From Vulcanimicrobiota bacterium (lineage in GTDB: Bacteria > Vulcanimicrobiota > Vulcanimicrobiia > Vulcanimicrobiales > Vulcanimicrobiaceae), in the NCBI GenBank assembly GCA_963714015.1, contig OY970223.1:960001-1024000 (forward strand): DNA of 64,000 nt, read 5' to 3'. The notes beneath the pieces were generated by a model that was given only the letters and a program-made list of their open reading frames with translations, was not told the DNA's origin and ran no database searches. The position numbers and the translations under genes are program-made. Shown piece by piece: positions 47,818 to 57,785 of this stretch (position 1 is its first letter; the number at the start of each line of letters is the position of its first letter).

Positions 47818-49410
47818 ATGGACAAGACGGTCTATGCGGGCGCAACGGTGGTGGACGGGACGGGCCGACCGGCGGGCGCGTACGACGTGTTCGTTGCCGG
47901 TGAGCGGATCGAAGACGTCCGTCCGCACGCCGATACGCACGGCGGCCGGCACACCATCGATGCGACGGGCCTCGTAATCGCGCCGGGCTTTATCGACGTC
48001 CACTCGCATGGGGACAACGCGCCGCTGCTGCCGGATGACGACACGATGAAGATACTGCAAGGGGTGACGACCGAAGTTGTCGGCAACTGCGGTATAAGCC
48101 TTGCACCTACGTCGGCACGGCACCGCGCGGCATTGATGGCCTCGATCGACGAGGCGATGCCCGTATCCGAAGATATCGGTTCGCGTTTCGCCGATTTACT
48201 GCGTGCAACCGATGCGCGGGGGTACGTCACCAATTACGTGCCGCTCGTCGGGCACGGCACGATTCGTTTGGCGGCAATGGGTATGGAGCGGCGCGCCCCG
48301 ACGGCACGCGAACGAGCCTCGATGCGCGCATTTTTGGAAGAAGCAATCGACGCGGGAGCGTTCGGCCTGTCCACCGGGCTCATTTACCCGCCGGGCGTTT
48401 TTTCCGAATTGGACGAGATCGTAGATTTGGCAAAACGTTTGCCGCCCGGTACGATCTACGCGTCGCACATCCGCGGTGAAGGCGATTCTTTGCTGGATGC
48501 CGTCGCGGAGGCTCTGGCGATTGGGGAGCAGGCGAACGTTCCCGTACAGCTATCGCACCACAAAGCCACGGGCAAGAAAAACTGGGGGAGAACGCGTGAG
48601 TCTCTCGAGCTGATTCGGCAAGCACGCGCACGCGGCGTCGTAGTATATCAAGACGTCTATCCCTACACCGCCGGCAGCACGTATCTGAAAGCAGTTCTGC
48701 CGCCCGAATTTCACGAAGGCGGAAATGAGGCGACGCTCGACCGGCTCCGCAATCCGGAACACCTGCATGCACTGCGAACGATACTCGAGAGCGATACGCC
48801 GCACTTTCAAAACTTCGTTGCGGAGGCGGGGTACGACGGAATACTAATCGCTTTTACGCCAAGCCATGGGTTTGAAGGACTTACGATTGCCGAAATAGCG
48901 GTGCAATTGGAATGTTCGCCATTCGACGCCCTTATCCACGTCCTGGTGACCGAGAAGCTCGCGCCGATGATGACGATATTCTTGATGAATGAAGATGATA
49001 TTGCCCGCGTCATGCGCGACGAACACACCGTCATCGGTTCGGACGGCGCCGCGCCGGGTAAGCAAGGGCGCCACCATCCAAGATCGTACGGAACATTTCC
49101 GCGCGTTATCGCTCAACACGTCCGCGAACTGCGAACGCTTACATTGGAATCGGCCGTGCACAAGATGACCGAGCTCCCGGCGCGCATTTTCAACATCAAC
49201 GATCGGGGCACAATAGCCCCGGGCAAATTCGCCGATCTGGTTGCATTCGATCCACAAACGTTTTCCGACGACCTGGACTACCGCGATCCCGTGCGTGATC
49301 CGAAAGGCTTGGCGTGGGTGACGCTGCGCGGCATCCAAGTCGTGAGGGGCACGACGTATCTTGGCCGGCGCTGCGGAGCGCGGCTGCAACGCTCGAGCAG
49401 CGGCGTTTAG
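47818..49410 (+). CDS. N-acyl-D-amino-acid deacylase (amidohydrolase)
   Basis: PGFIDVHSH, GVTTEVVGNCG, LSTGLIYPPG, SHIR, SHHK, DVYPY, GSDG, HPRSYGTFPR. Confidence 0.9.
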   Translation: MDKTVYAGATVVDGTGRPAGAYDVFVAGERIEDVRPHADTHGGRHTIDATGLVIAPGFIDVHSHGDNAPLLPDDDTMKILQGVTTEVVGNCGISLAPTSARHRAALMASIDEAMPVSEDIGSRFADLLRATDARGYVTNYVPLVGHGTIRLAAMGMERRAPTARERASMRAFLEEAIDAGAFGLSTGLIYPPGVFSELDEIVDLAKRLPPGTIYASHIRGEGDSLLDAVAEALAIGEQANVPVQLSHHKATGKKNWGRTRESLELIRQARARGVVVYQDVYPYTAGSTYLKAVLPPEFHEGGNEATLDRLRNPEHLHALRTILESDTPHFQNFVAEAGYDGILIAFTPSHGFEGLTIAEIAVQLECSPFDALIHVLVTEKLAPMMTIFLMNEDDIARVMRDEHTVIGSDGAAPGKQGRHHPRSYGTFPRVIAQHVRELRTLTLESAVHKMTELPARIFNINDRGTIAPGKFADLVAFDPQTFSDDLDYRDPVRDPKGLAWVTLRGIQVVRGTTYLGRRCGARLQRSSSGV

Positions 49411-49441
49411 GCGCGGATTAGCGCCGCCGTCGGGAGCGATT

Positions 49442-49900
49442 TTGTTGCGGCCGGCGGCGCTTTCCGATGTGGACGTCATCTGTTTGCAGCGCAAACTGAT
49501 ATTTCAGGAATCGGGGATCGAACCGGCGGTTCTGGACGAGATGAATGGGAACTTTCGTGAATGGCTGAAGCGCAAGCTGGCCCGCGGCGAATACTTCGGT
49601 TTTCTAGCAGTCGATTCGAGCGGTCCGGCCGGCGGCATCGGTTTTGTCGTTTTGGACTGGCCGCCGCATTGGAGGCACCCTAAGGGAAGCAAACGAGGAT
49701 ATATTCTGAACTTGTTCGTCCAACCGGCGTACCGCAGGCGGGGAATCGCCGGCGAACTGATGCGCTGTGCACAGACCGAGTTGCGCAGGCGCGGCGTTAC
49801 GTACGCCGTTCTGCACGCCACGGCTCAAGGCCGTCCATTGTACGAACGGATGGGCTGGAAGGCGACCAGCGAGATGGCGAAAAGCTGGCCTTCATCGTAG
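49442..49900 (+). CDS. GNAT family N-acetyltransferase
   Basis: YILNLFVQPAYRRRGIAGELM, LHATAQGRPLYERMGW; TTG start with GGGAG RBS. Confidence 0.88.
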   Translation: MLRPAALSDVDVICLQRKLIFQESGIEPAVLDEMNGNFREWLKRKLARGEYFGFLAVDSSGPAGGIGFVVLDWPPHWRHPKGSKRGYILNLFVQPAYRRRGIAGELMRCAQTELRRRGVTYAVLHATAQGRPLYERMGWKATSEMAKSWPSS

Positions 49901-50059
49901 CGGCATCCCGGAACGCAAAGTGCGCTTTGGGTCAAGAGTGGGAAACATCGGGCTATGGATGACCGCAAGAGAGAACAGCAAGCCGGCGATGAGAAGACCG
50001 CTCAGGAGCGCCTTAAAGACGATCGCGGGCAGGAGCGAGGTGCCGATATGGCGCCGCAT
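49892..50059 (-). CDS. Small hypothetical membrane protein
   Basis: One hydrophobic helix; fills the gap downstream of leuS. Confidence 0.35.
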   Translation of the reverse strand: MRRHIGTSLLPAIVFKALLSGLLIAGLLFSLAVIHSPMFPTLDPKRTLRSGMPLR

Positions 50060-50125
50060 CAGAATCGTCGTCCGAGCGAACAGCATCGCGGCGGACCGCT
50101 TCCCAATCAGAAAAAATAGTTTGCG

Positions 50126-52591
50126 TTAAACGACCAGATTGAGCAGCTTGTCGGGGACGAAGATCCGCTTGCGGATCTCTTTGCCGTCGAGCTGAGCTTG
50201 CACGCCGCTTTGCTGGAGCGCGAGCTCGAGCGCGCGATCTTCGGCAATGCCGGGAGGCGTTTGCAGACGCGCCCTAATCTTGCCGTTTACTTGAACGACG
50301 AGCGTGATTTCATCGAGCGAAAGCGCTCGTTCGTCGGGGCTAAGGTACGATTCCGAGTGTACGGATGTCGAGGATCCCATGCGCTGCCAGAGTTCCTCGG
50401 CCATATGCGGGGCAAAGGGTGCGATGACGATGGGGAGCGCGCGAACGGCGTACGCAATCGCCGGTGAGTCCGGCGCCGACTGTTCCAAAACGGTCAGGGC
50501 GTTGACGTACTCGTCCAGTCTTGCAATCGTCGTATTGTAGTGAAAGCGCCGCGACCGCGTTTCGTCGATCGCGGATTTTGCCGCTGCATGCACCGCGCGT
50601 AGAAGGGCTTTTTCCTCCGGCGAGGAGACGTCGGGAAGCACGCGCGCATCAGCGCCGCGCGCGCGATCCAAGAACGGTTCCGAAGCGCGCCACGCGCGGT
50701 TGACGAAGCGAACGCGCCCGTTGATGCCTTCGTCGGTCCAATCCGCGGTGTCCTCGGGCGGCGTCACGTACATCAAGAACAGCCGCATCGCGTCGACGCC
50801 GTTGGTTTCGGCCGTATGGTCGATGCCGACGACGTTTCCGCGCGACTTGCTCATCTTCTCGCCGTTGTACAACAGCATGCCTTGGTGGAAAAGCCGCGTA
50901 AACGGTTCATCATCGCCGCTTACCCATCCGCGATCGTGGAAGAACTTGTAAAAGAACCGCGAGTAGAGCAAGTGCAAAACCGCGTGCTCCGACCCGCCGA
51001 TGTACTGATCGACCGGCATCCAGAGGTCTGCTTTTTCCCGGCTCCACGGCAGCGTTGTATTTTGCGGATCCAAATAGCGCAGATAGTACCACGACGATTC
51101 GAAGAACGTGTCCATCGTGTCGCTTTCGCGCCGTCCGGCCCCACCGCACTTGGGACACGCCGTATTGATGAACGCCGCATCGCGCGCGAGCGGCGACCCC
51201 TCGCCGGTGATCGGCACGTCGGAGGGCAGCAAGACGGGAAGTTGGTCATCCGGCACGGGAACTTCGCCGCACTGCTCGCAGTAGACGATGGGAATCGGCG
51301 TCCCCCAATAGCGCTGCCGCGACACGAGCCAATCGCGAATCTTGTAATTGATCTGCGCTTCGCCGGCGCCGAGTGCAGCGAGCCGATCCGTAATCGCCTT
51401 GCGCGCCCGCGCACTCGACATTCCGGTAAAATCGCCGCTTGCGATGAGACGGCCATCCTCCACGAATGCGCCGTGCAGGGGAACCGACGTGTCGCCGCCG
51501 GGCGGCACGATCACTTGCGCTACCGGAATCCCGTGCTTGCGCGCAAAGTCGAAGTCGCGTTCGTCGTGAGCGGGAACGCCCATGACGGCGCCCGTTCCGT
51601 ATTCGGCCAAAACGTAATTAGTGACCCAAATCGGAATGCGTTCATGCGAGAGCGGGTTGATTGCATGGGCGCCCGTGAAAACGCCCGCTTTTTCCATTAG
51701 GCTCGTGCGCTCGAGTTCGGACTTCGAACGCAGCGTTTCGGCGAATTCATTTACCGCAGACGCATGTTTCTTCGTCACGATCCGAGCCACAGCCGCGTGC
51801 TCGGGAGCGACGGCCAAGTACGTCGCTCCGAACAGCGTATCGGCGCGCGTCGTGAATACGCTGATTCGTTCTTCCGAGTTCTCGACCGCAAACGTCAACT
51901 TCGTGCCTTCGCTGCGCCCGATCCAATTGCGCTGCATCGTCCGGGTTCGGTCGGGCCATCCTTCGAGTTCGTCGAGATCCTCGAGCAAGCGATCGACGTA
52001 AGCGGTAATCTTCAAAAACCATTGCGAAAGATTACGGCGTTCGACGAGCGTGTCGCAACGCCAACATCGGCCGTCGATGACTTGTTCGTTTGCCAGAACC
52101 GTTCGATCGTGCGGACACCAGTTGACCGGCGCTTCACGCTTGTATGCGAGGCCCTGTTCGTACAGGCGCAAGAAGAGCCACTGATTCCAGCGGTAATAAC
52201 CCGGATCGCACGTGGCGATCTCGCGGCTCCAGTCGTAGCTCGTTCCCATGAGCCGGATTTGCCGCTCCATGTTTTCGATGTTTTCACGGGTCCAAACGTT
52301 GGGATCGGCACCACGCTGTATTGCGGCGTTTTCCGCGGGGAGCCCGAAAGCATCCCAGCCCATCGGATGAAGCACGTCGTATCCGAACATGCGCATCATT
52401 CGCGCGACGACGTCGCCAAGGGTGTAGTTCTTGGCGTGGCCGACGTGCAGGTCGCCTGAAGGATACGGCAGCATTTCGAGCACGTAATACTTCGGCTTCT
52501 CACTCGTGCCGGAAGGACGGAAGGCGCCGCTTTCATCCCAGCGCTGCTGCCACTTGCGCTCGATCGCGCGAAAATCGTAGATCTCGGCCAT
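50126..52591 (-). CDS. leuS: Leucine--tRNA ligase
   Basis: MLPYPSGDLHVGH, GWDAFGLPAENAA, SRQRYWG, KMSKS; start MAEIYDF. Confidence 0.97.
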   Translation of the reverse strand: MAEIYDFRAIERKWQQRWDESGAFRPSGTSEKPKYYVLEMLPYPSGDLHVGHAKNYTLGDVVARMMRMFGYDVLHPMGWDAFGLPAENAAIQRGADPNVWTRENIENMERQIRLMGTSYDWSREIATCDPGYYRWNQWLFLRLYEQGLAYKREAPVNWCPHDRTVLANEQVIDGRCWRCDTLVERRNLSQWFLKITAYVDRLLEDLDELEGWPDRTRTMQRNWIGRSEGTKLTFAVENSEERISVFTTRADTLFGATYLAVAPEHAAVARIVTKKHASAVNEFAETLRSKSELERTSLMEKAGVFTGAHAINPLSHERIPIWVTNYVLAEYGTGAVMGVPAHDERDFDFARKHGIPVAQVIVPPGGDTSVPLHGAFVEDGRLIASGDFTGMSSARARKAITDRLAALGAGEAQINYKIRDWLVSRQRYWGTPIPIVYCEQCGEVPVPDDQLPVLLPSDVPITGEGSPLARDAAFINTACPKCGGAGRRESDTMDTFFESSWYYLRYLDPQNTTLPWSREKADLWMPVDQYIGGSEHAVLHLLYSRFFYKFFHDRGWVSGDDEPFTRLFHQGMLLYNGEKMSKSRGNVVGIDHTAETNGVDAMRLFLMYVTPPEDTADWTDEGINGRVRFVNRAWRASEPFLDRARGADARVLPDVSSPEEKALLRAVHAAAKSAIDETRSRRFHYNTTIARLDEYVNALTVLEQSAPDSPAIAYAVRALPIVIAPFAPHMAEELWQRMGSSTSVHSESYLSPDERALSLDEITLVVQVNGKIRARLQTPPGIAEDRALELALQQSGVQAQLDGKEIRKRIFVPDKLLNLVV

Positions 52592-52663
52592 GGAAGAGGT
52601 GTAATAACGGCACCGCTGCCGCCAACCCTTTCGGCACGGCGTGACTTGCGTGAACGTCGGCTG

Positions 52664-53269
52664 ATGAACCGAGTGCTTCTTTTCGGGGGCATTGCCGCCG
52701 CCGTCGCCGCCGGCTTTGCGATTCGGCCCGCGCCGGCGCCGCCGGCAATCACCCAAATTAGTCAGCCGTCCTCCACTCCTCGCGAAAGAAAACACCTCCG
52801 GCAGGCCGTCGCGGGATCGATCGTCTACGTCGTCGGCGCGGTCGCCCGTCCCGGGCTGTACCGCCTGCGCCCGCAGGCAAGGCTCGACGAGGCCGTGCGC
52901 CTTGCCGGCGGCTTTACGCGCGATGCCGATCCGGCATCGGTGAATTTGGCGGAGTACGCCTCGGACGGCGAGGAGGTACAAGTCTTGCGCGCCGGTCAGG
53001 CACCGGTAAAGGCTGCGCGGCGCAAGAGTCTGCGGGGCCGCAGAACCAAACGCCGCAAAGCGTCTGCCCCTGCCGTGCAAATCGACCTCAATACCGCGGA
53101 TGCGGATACGCTCGCCACTCTGCCCGGAGTAGGCGCCTTGCTCGCGCAGCGTATCGTCGACTACCGGACTGTAAACGGATCCTTTGCATCAGTCGACGAG
53201 CTCGCAGACGTGGGCGGAGTAACGCAACGACTGGTCGACGAACTTGCAGCGTACGTAACTGTAAGGTAG
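52664..53269 (+). CDS. comEA: DNA receptor ComEA (SLBB and helix-hairpin-helix)
   Basis: VYVVGAVARPGLY, VNLA, IDLNTA..LATLPGVG..LAQRIVDYR..GSFASVDEL. Confidence 0.92.
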   Translation: MNRVLLFGGIAAAVAAGFAIRPAPAPPAITQISQPSSTPRERKHLRQAVAGSIVYVVGAVARPGLYRLRPQARLDEAVRLAGGFTRDADPASVNLAEYASDGEEVQVLRAGQAPVKAARRKSLRGRRTKRRKASAPAVQIDLNTADADTLATLPGVGALLAQRIVDYRTVNGSFASVDELADVGGVTQRLVDELAAYVTVR

Positions 53270-53305
53270 CAAAGGCCGGACGCCCTTCGGAGCGAACGAG
53301 AATGC

Positions 53306-55099
53306 ATGGAGCAACCGCCCGGGCGAGAGACTCTACCCGCGCTGATACGTCGATCTCTTGCCGAGCCGCGCGAGGCACTAGTTGAACGCTCGAACCGGGG
53401 ATGGAAGGCTACGACGAGCGCGCAGCTTCTGGATCGTGCCGAAAACATCGCGTGCGCCGTTCGCGATCGAGGTCTGCAAGCCGGCGACCGCGTTGCACTA
53501 ATCGCAGCCGACTGCGTCGACTGGGTCGCAGCCGATTTTGGAATTCTTTTTGCGGGCTGTGTGGTCGTGCCGATCTTTCCCACGCAGGCATTGGACCAAG
53601 TCGCGTTCATTCTCGAGAATTCGGAAGCCAAACTCATTTTCGCCGACGCGAATGCCGTCGCGCGGCTGCGGCAGTTGGATGTAAGCGTTTCGGCGCCGGC
53701 CATCGTATTCGGCGCGTCCGGCGCCGAGTCGCTTGCAGCGTTCGAAGAACACGGCTCCGAGATCCGGCAGAGCGCCGCGGAATTGCCCGAAGTCTATCAT
53801 CGCGACATCGATCCCGACAGCTTGGCGGTCTTGATCTATACGTCCGGCACGACCGGCGAACCGAAGGGCGTCATGCTCTCTCATTACAATTTGGTCTTTA
53901 CCGCGCAGTCTACGTTCAGCCACGCGCTCGAGGTCATCACTCCGGGAAGCGACGTGCTCTCGGTGCTGCCTTTTTCGCATATCTACGAGCATTGCATCAT
54001 TTACGGATTCATGATCGCGCGTGCGCGCCATAACGTCTGCCACGACGTCAACGACCTGCTGAACGATCTTCTCGAGGTCCGTCCGGTGGCGATGACCGCG
54101 GTGCCGCGCATCTTCGAGCGCATGATTGCCGGCATCATCGCCAAGGCCAAGCATCACGGCGGCCTGCAGGCCAAAGCCGTTCCGTGGGCCCTCGACGTCG
54201 GACGCGCGTACATGACCGCCAAGACGCGCGGAACGGATCCCGGCGCGGGACTCTCGCTTCAGTACCGGATCGCGCATGCGCTCGTGTTGAAAAAGCTCCG
54301 GCCGCTGCTCGGACTGGATCGCAACCGCTTTCTCGTGAGCGGTTCGGCACCGCTGCACTTCGACACCGCGATGACGATGCTCGGCGCAGACATCGAGATC
54401 GTCGAGGGCTACGGCCCGACGGAATGCTCGCCGGTCATCACCGCAAACACGTACTACGACAATCACTACGGAACCGTCGGCCGGCCGATTCCCGGCGTGG
54501 AGATTAAGATCGCCGAAGACGGCGAGATTTTGGCGCGCGGCCCCAACGTGATGCTCGGCTACTACAAGAACCCTCAGGCGACCGCGGAGGTCGTCACCGA
54601 CGGGTGGTATCACACGGGCGACATCGGCGCTATCGATCCTCAAGGCTTTTTGCGCATCACGGATCGCAAGAAGGAGCTCTTCAAGACGTCGGGCGGCAAG
54701 TTCGTTGCGCCTTCCCGCGTCGAAGCGGCGATAAAACGATCGGTTTACGTCAACCAAGTCATGCTCGTCGGCGACGCTCGTCCGCATCCGATTGCGCTGA
54801 TTTCACCCAATTGGGATCTGGTTCGGACGGAACTGAACATTCAGGCCGGCGTATCCGTCGAAGATTTGGCAAAGCGGCCCGCCGTCGTAGAGTTTTTGAG
54901 AAACCAGGTGCGCGAGAACACGTCGGACCTTGCGAAATTCGAACAGGTTCGAATGGTTGGCATCCTCCCCCGCGAGCTTACGGTCGAGGACGGCGATCTC
55001 TCGCCGACGCTCAAAGTTAAGCGCCGCGTCGTCGAAGCGAAATATCAAGGGTTGATCGATCGTGTCTACGCGCAAATGACTGCGCCTTCACCGGCATGA
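53306..55099 (+). CDS. fadD: Long-chain fatty acid--CoA ligase
   Basis: YTSGTTGEPKGV, EGYGPTE, TGDIG, DRKKELFKTSGGKFVAP, SPTLKVKR. Confidence 0.9.
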   Translation: MEQPPGRETLPALIRRSLAEPREALVERSNRGWKATTSAQLLDRAENIACAVRDRGLQAGDRVALIAADCVDWVAADFGILFAGCVVVPIFPTQALDQVAFILENSEAKLIFADANAVARLRQLDVSVSAPAIVFGASGAESLAAFEEHGSEIRQSAAELPEVYHRDIDPDSLAVLIYTSGTTGEPKGVMLSHYNLVFTAQSTFSHALEVITPGSDVLSVLPFSHIYEHCIIYGFMIARARHNVCHDVNDLLNDLLEVRPVAMTAVPRIFERMIAGIIAKAKHHGGLQAKAVPWALDVGRAYMTAKTRGTDPGAGLSLQYRIAHALVLKKLRPLLGLDRNRFLVSGSAPLHFDTAMTMLGADIEIVEGYGPTECSPVITANTYYDNHYGTVGRPIPGVEIKIAEDGEILARGPNVMLGYYKNPQATAEVVTDGWYHTGDIGAIDPQGFLRITDRKKELFKTSGGKFVAPSRVEAAIKRSVYVNQVMLVGDARPHPIALISPNWDLVRTELNIQAGVSVEDLAKRPAVVEFLRNQVRENTSDLAKFEQVRMVGILPRELTVEDGDLSPTLKVKRRVVEAKYQGLIDRVYAQMTAPSPA

Positions 55100-55112
55100 T
55101 GAGAATTCAAGA

Positions 55113-55493
55113 GTGAGTTTCATTCAAGCGCCGCCTCGCGTCGACGACGTTCTGAAGGGACCGATCAAAAGCAAGACGGTCTTCCCCGTGCTCATTCTGC
55201 ATTTGGTAAAAAAGCAGCCCGACCACGGATACGGGTTGATGCAGCGGATCGATGCACTCTGCGGAGGTCTCATTGCAGTCAATACCAACAAGATTTATCC
55301 GCTGCTGCGCCGGCTCGAGGAACGTGGCTTTCTAAGCGCATCTTGGGAGCATCCGACGAAACGTTCGCGCCGGATCTACCATATTACTCCAGAAGGCGAG
55401 GCGCGCTTGGATCGGATAAAGGGCGCAATGGTTCCATACCTGGACGCCATCATGGAAGCCGTCGACGATTTGCGACGCGAACTCTATCGGTAA
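55113..55493 (+). CDS. PadR family regulator
   Basis: HGYGL, IYPLLRRLEERG, RRIYHITPEG. Confidence 0.9.
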   Translation: MSFIQAPPRVDDVLKGPIKSKTVFPVLILHLVKKQPDHGYGLMQRIDALCGGLIAVNTNKIYPLLRRLEERGFLSASWEHPTKRSRRIYHITPEGEARLDRIKGAMVPYLDAIMEAVDDLRRELYR

Positions 55494-55501
55494 GAGGATC
55501 G

Positions 55502-55774
55502 ATGTTTCTGAGCATCGTGCATCTGCGCGAATTGCGGTGCGCGCTCTGCGGAGACTTGCTCGCGCAGGCTGGGGCGCGTTCGTTCGTCGTCGATCGCGCG
55601 GGCAATCCGGTACCCTTTGAAGAACGCAGCGTTCCGCAACGGATGCGGCTGGACATCGTCTGCGCGAACGGACACGTGAACGGAATCGAAGTGCCGGACG
55701 ATGCGTCGGCCGAGGAAGTGCTTTCAACGCCGGACGAGGCGCCGGTCGGAAAGGATGCGGTGCTGCCCGAATGA
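55502..55774 (+). CDS. Small putative zinc-ribbon protein
   Basis: CALC...CANGH; RBS AGAGG; ATGA-coupled to the next gene. Confidence 0.65.
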   Translation: MFLSIVHLRELRCALCGDLLAQAGARSFVVDRAGNPVPFEERSVPQRMRLDIVCANGHVNGIEVPDDASAEEVLSTPDEAPVGKDAVLPE

Positions 55775-57768
55775 TTGCCGCCTTGGCGATGATGCTCGCA
55801 CTCGAAGACCCTATTCGCGGATTTACTCCGGCGCAATTACCCAGCGAACGCGTGTACGAACGGACGATGAATTCGTCGCCGAGCGAAACGCAAGCGTACC
55901 GTGACGAAATCGGCATGGCGTCGTACGTCCATCGCATGGGATTGCCCGGCGATCGGCGTTCGGCGACGTACTTTCGCGACGAGCTGGCCGAGGCCGGCTG
56001 GGACGCAAAGCTCGTCGAGTACGACGTTCCCATTGCTTATCCGGTGATCGAAACGCTTACCATTGCCGGACCCCGCCGGCGCGAAATCGACCTTTACGAG
56101 CCTGAAATCCGGGGCGATCCTTATTCACGCGATCGCGCGGCGATCGGAAAACCTTACTCCGGCTACAGCGTCGACGGTGACGTAACCGGTCCGGTCATCT
56201 ACGCGAATCACGCGCTCCCCGAAGACTTCGTGAAGCTCCAAAGCATGGGCATCGACGTTCGCGGCGCAATTATCGTCGCGCGTATCGGCGGCGGCGGTTC
56301 CCTGACGGGCAAAGCGTTCGAAGCGGCAAAACACGGCGCGAAAGCGGTGCTGCTCTTTTCGGATCCCATGGACAGCGGATACTTTCGCGGTGACGTCTAT
56401 CCGGACGGTCCTTATCGCCCGCTCGGCGCCGCTTTGCGCAACACGCTGACGTTTACCAACGATCCCGGCGATCCGACGGCAATCGGCATTCCCGTTCCGG
56501 GCGCTCCGCACAAACCGTTTTCCGCGATCAAACTGCCGCCGATTCCGGAGACACCGATAACGCCCCAGGTTGCGCGCACGCTTTTGCAGCTAATCGGTGG
56601 TCCGGCGGTGCCGCCCGACTGGCATCCCGGATTCGGCTTTGCGGTTCATACCGGAGGCGCGCTTCGGGCGCATTTCATCATCAAATCGAAGCGCTTCTAT
56701 GGACCGATTTGGGATGTCATCGGAACGATGCCGGGTGTGAATCCGGATCAAATGGTCGTCGTCGGCGGTCACCGCGACGCGTGGACGTACGGCGCCGTCG
56801 ACCCAATCAGCGGCTCCGTCGACATGTTGCAGCTCGCCCGCGCGTTCGGCAAAATGAAAGCCGCGGGTTGGAGGCCGCAGCGTACCATCATCATCGGTTC
56901 CTGGGATGGCGAAGAACTCAACCTGTTCGGCAGCGACGAATGGGTCGAGCAGCACGCCGCCGAGTTGCAAAGCGGCTGCGTCGCATACGTTAACACCGAC
57001 GAAGTCGCGTTCGGCCCGCAATTCAATGCATATGCCACGCCCGACCTATGGGGTATGCTGCAGGATGCTGCAAGCGCCGCAGTCGCGCCGGACGGCAGTA
57101 ATCTGGCTGCCTATTGGAAGGCACAGGACCAGCGGATGAAAGTCGATCTCATCGGCGGCGGCAGCGATCACGAACCGTTCGTTTTTCACGAAGGTTTGCC
57201 GGCCGCTGGAGCAGGATTCGGCGGGCCTTTCGGCACTTATCATTCCGCCTATGACGATCCGGCTTCGCTGCGTATCTACGACCCCGGAATGCACCGGGCT
57301 GCTGCCGCTGCGCGTTACACGGGCCTCGTCGTGATGCGTCTCGCAGGTGCGATCTATCCCGACGTTCGTCTCTCGACTCTGGCATCCGAATTACTCAAGC
57401 GCATAGATGCATTCGCCGAAGGAACCAGCGACGCGGATCGCCGCTCGCATGCGGTCTCCGTGTTGCGGCCGGACGCGCTCCAATTTCAGGGTCTTGCGAA
57501 CGCCTTGGATGCGGCAGCGGATGCCGCCGTTGCTCGGGCCGACGCGGCGGGCGCGCAGCGCACGTACGCCCGGCTTCGCCAAACGGAGAACGCATTTTTC
57601 AACCGCGATACGACCGATTGGCAACGCAGTCTCTTGTACAGTGTGTCGGGATACGCATCGTCGATACTTCCCTCGCTCGATGCGACGCTCGACCCGCATC
57701 AGGGGGACGGCGTGCTGCGCCGGCTGGATGCAGCCTTCAAACATGCCGCCGCTGCGGCGACTCAGTAA
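55771..57768 (+). CDS. M28 peptidase, glutamate carboxypeptidase II-like (PA domain)
   Basis: GGHRDAW..GAVDP.SG, SWDGEE, YVNTD, GSDHEPF, YHSAYD. Confidence 0.88.
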   Translation: MIAALAMMLALEDPIRGFTPAQLPSERVYERTMNSSPSETQAYRDEIGMASYVHRMGLPGDRRSATYFRDELAEAGWDAKLVEYDVPIAYPVIETLTIAGPRRREIDLYEPEIRGDPYSRDRAAIGKPYSGYSVDGDVTGPVIYANHALPEDFVKLQSMGIDVRGAIIVARIGGGGSLTGKAFEAAKHGAKAVLLFSDPMDSGYFRGDVYPDGPYRPLGAALRNTLTFTNDPGDPTAIGIPVPGAPHKPFSAIKLPPIPETPITPQVARTLLQLIGGPAVPPDWHPGFGFAVHTGGALRAHFIIKSKRFYGPIWDVIGTMPGVNPDQMVVVGGHRDAWTYGAVDPISGSVDMLQLARAFGKMKAAGWRPQRTIIIGSWDGEELNLFGSDEWVEQHAAELQSGCVAYVNTDEVAFGPQFNAYATPDLWGMLQDAASAAVAPDGSNLAAYWKAQDQRMKVDLIGGGSDHEPFVFHEGLPAAGAGFGGPFGTYHSAYDDPASLRIYDPGMHRAAAAARYTGLVVMRLAGAIYPDVRLSTLASELLKRIDAFAEGTSDADRRSHAVSVLRPDALQFQGLANALDAAADAAVARADAAGAQRTYARLRQTENAFFNRDTTDWQRSLLYSVSGYASSILPSLDATLDPHQGDGVLRRLDAAFKHAAAAATQ

Positions 57769-57785
57769 GAACGGAACGAACGAGC

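Noticed and set aside
47740..48123. N-terminal extension of the serine hydrolase ORF
   Set aside because: Antisense shadow of the D-aminoacylase; the signal peptide starts at 47739.
52592..53080. 163-aa N-terminal extension of LeuS in the ORF track
   Set aside because: It overlaps comEA on the opposite strand; the canonical LeuS N-terminus begins at 52591.
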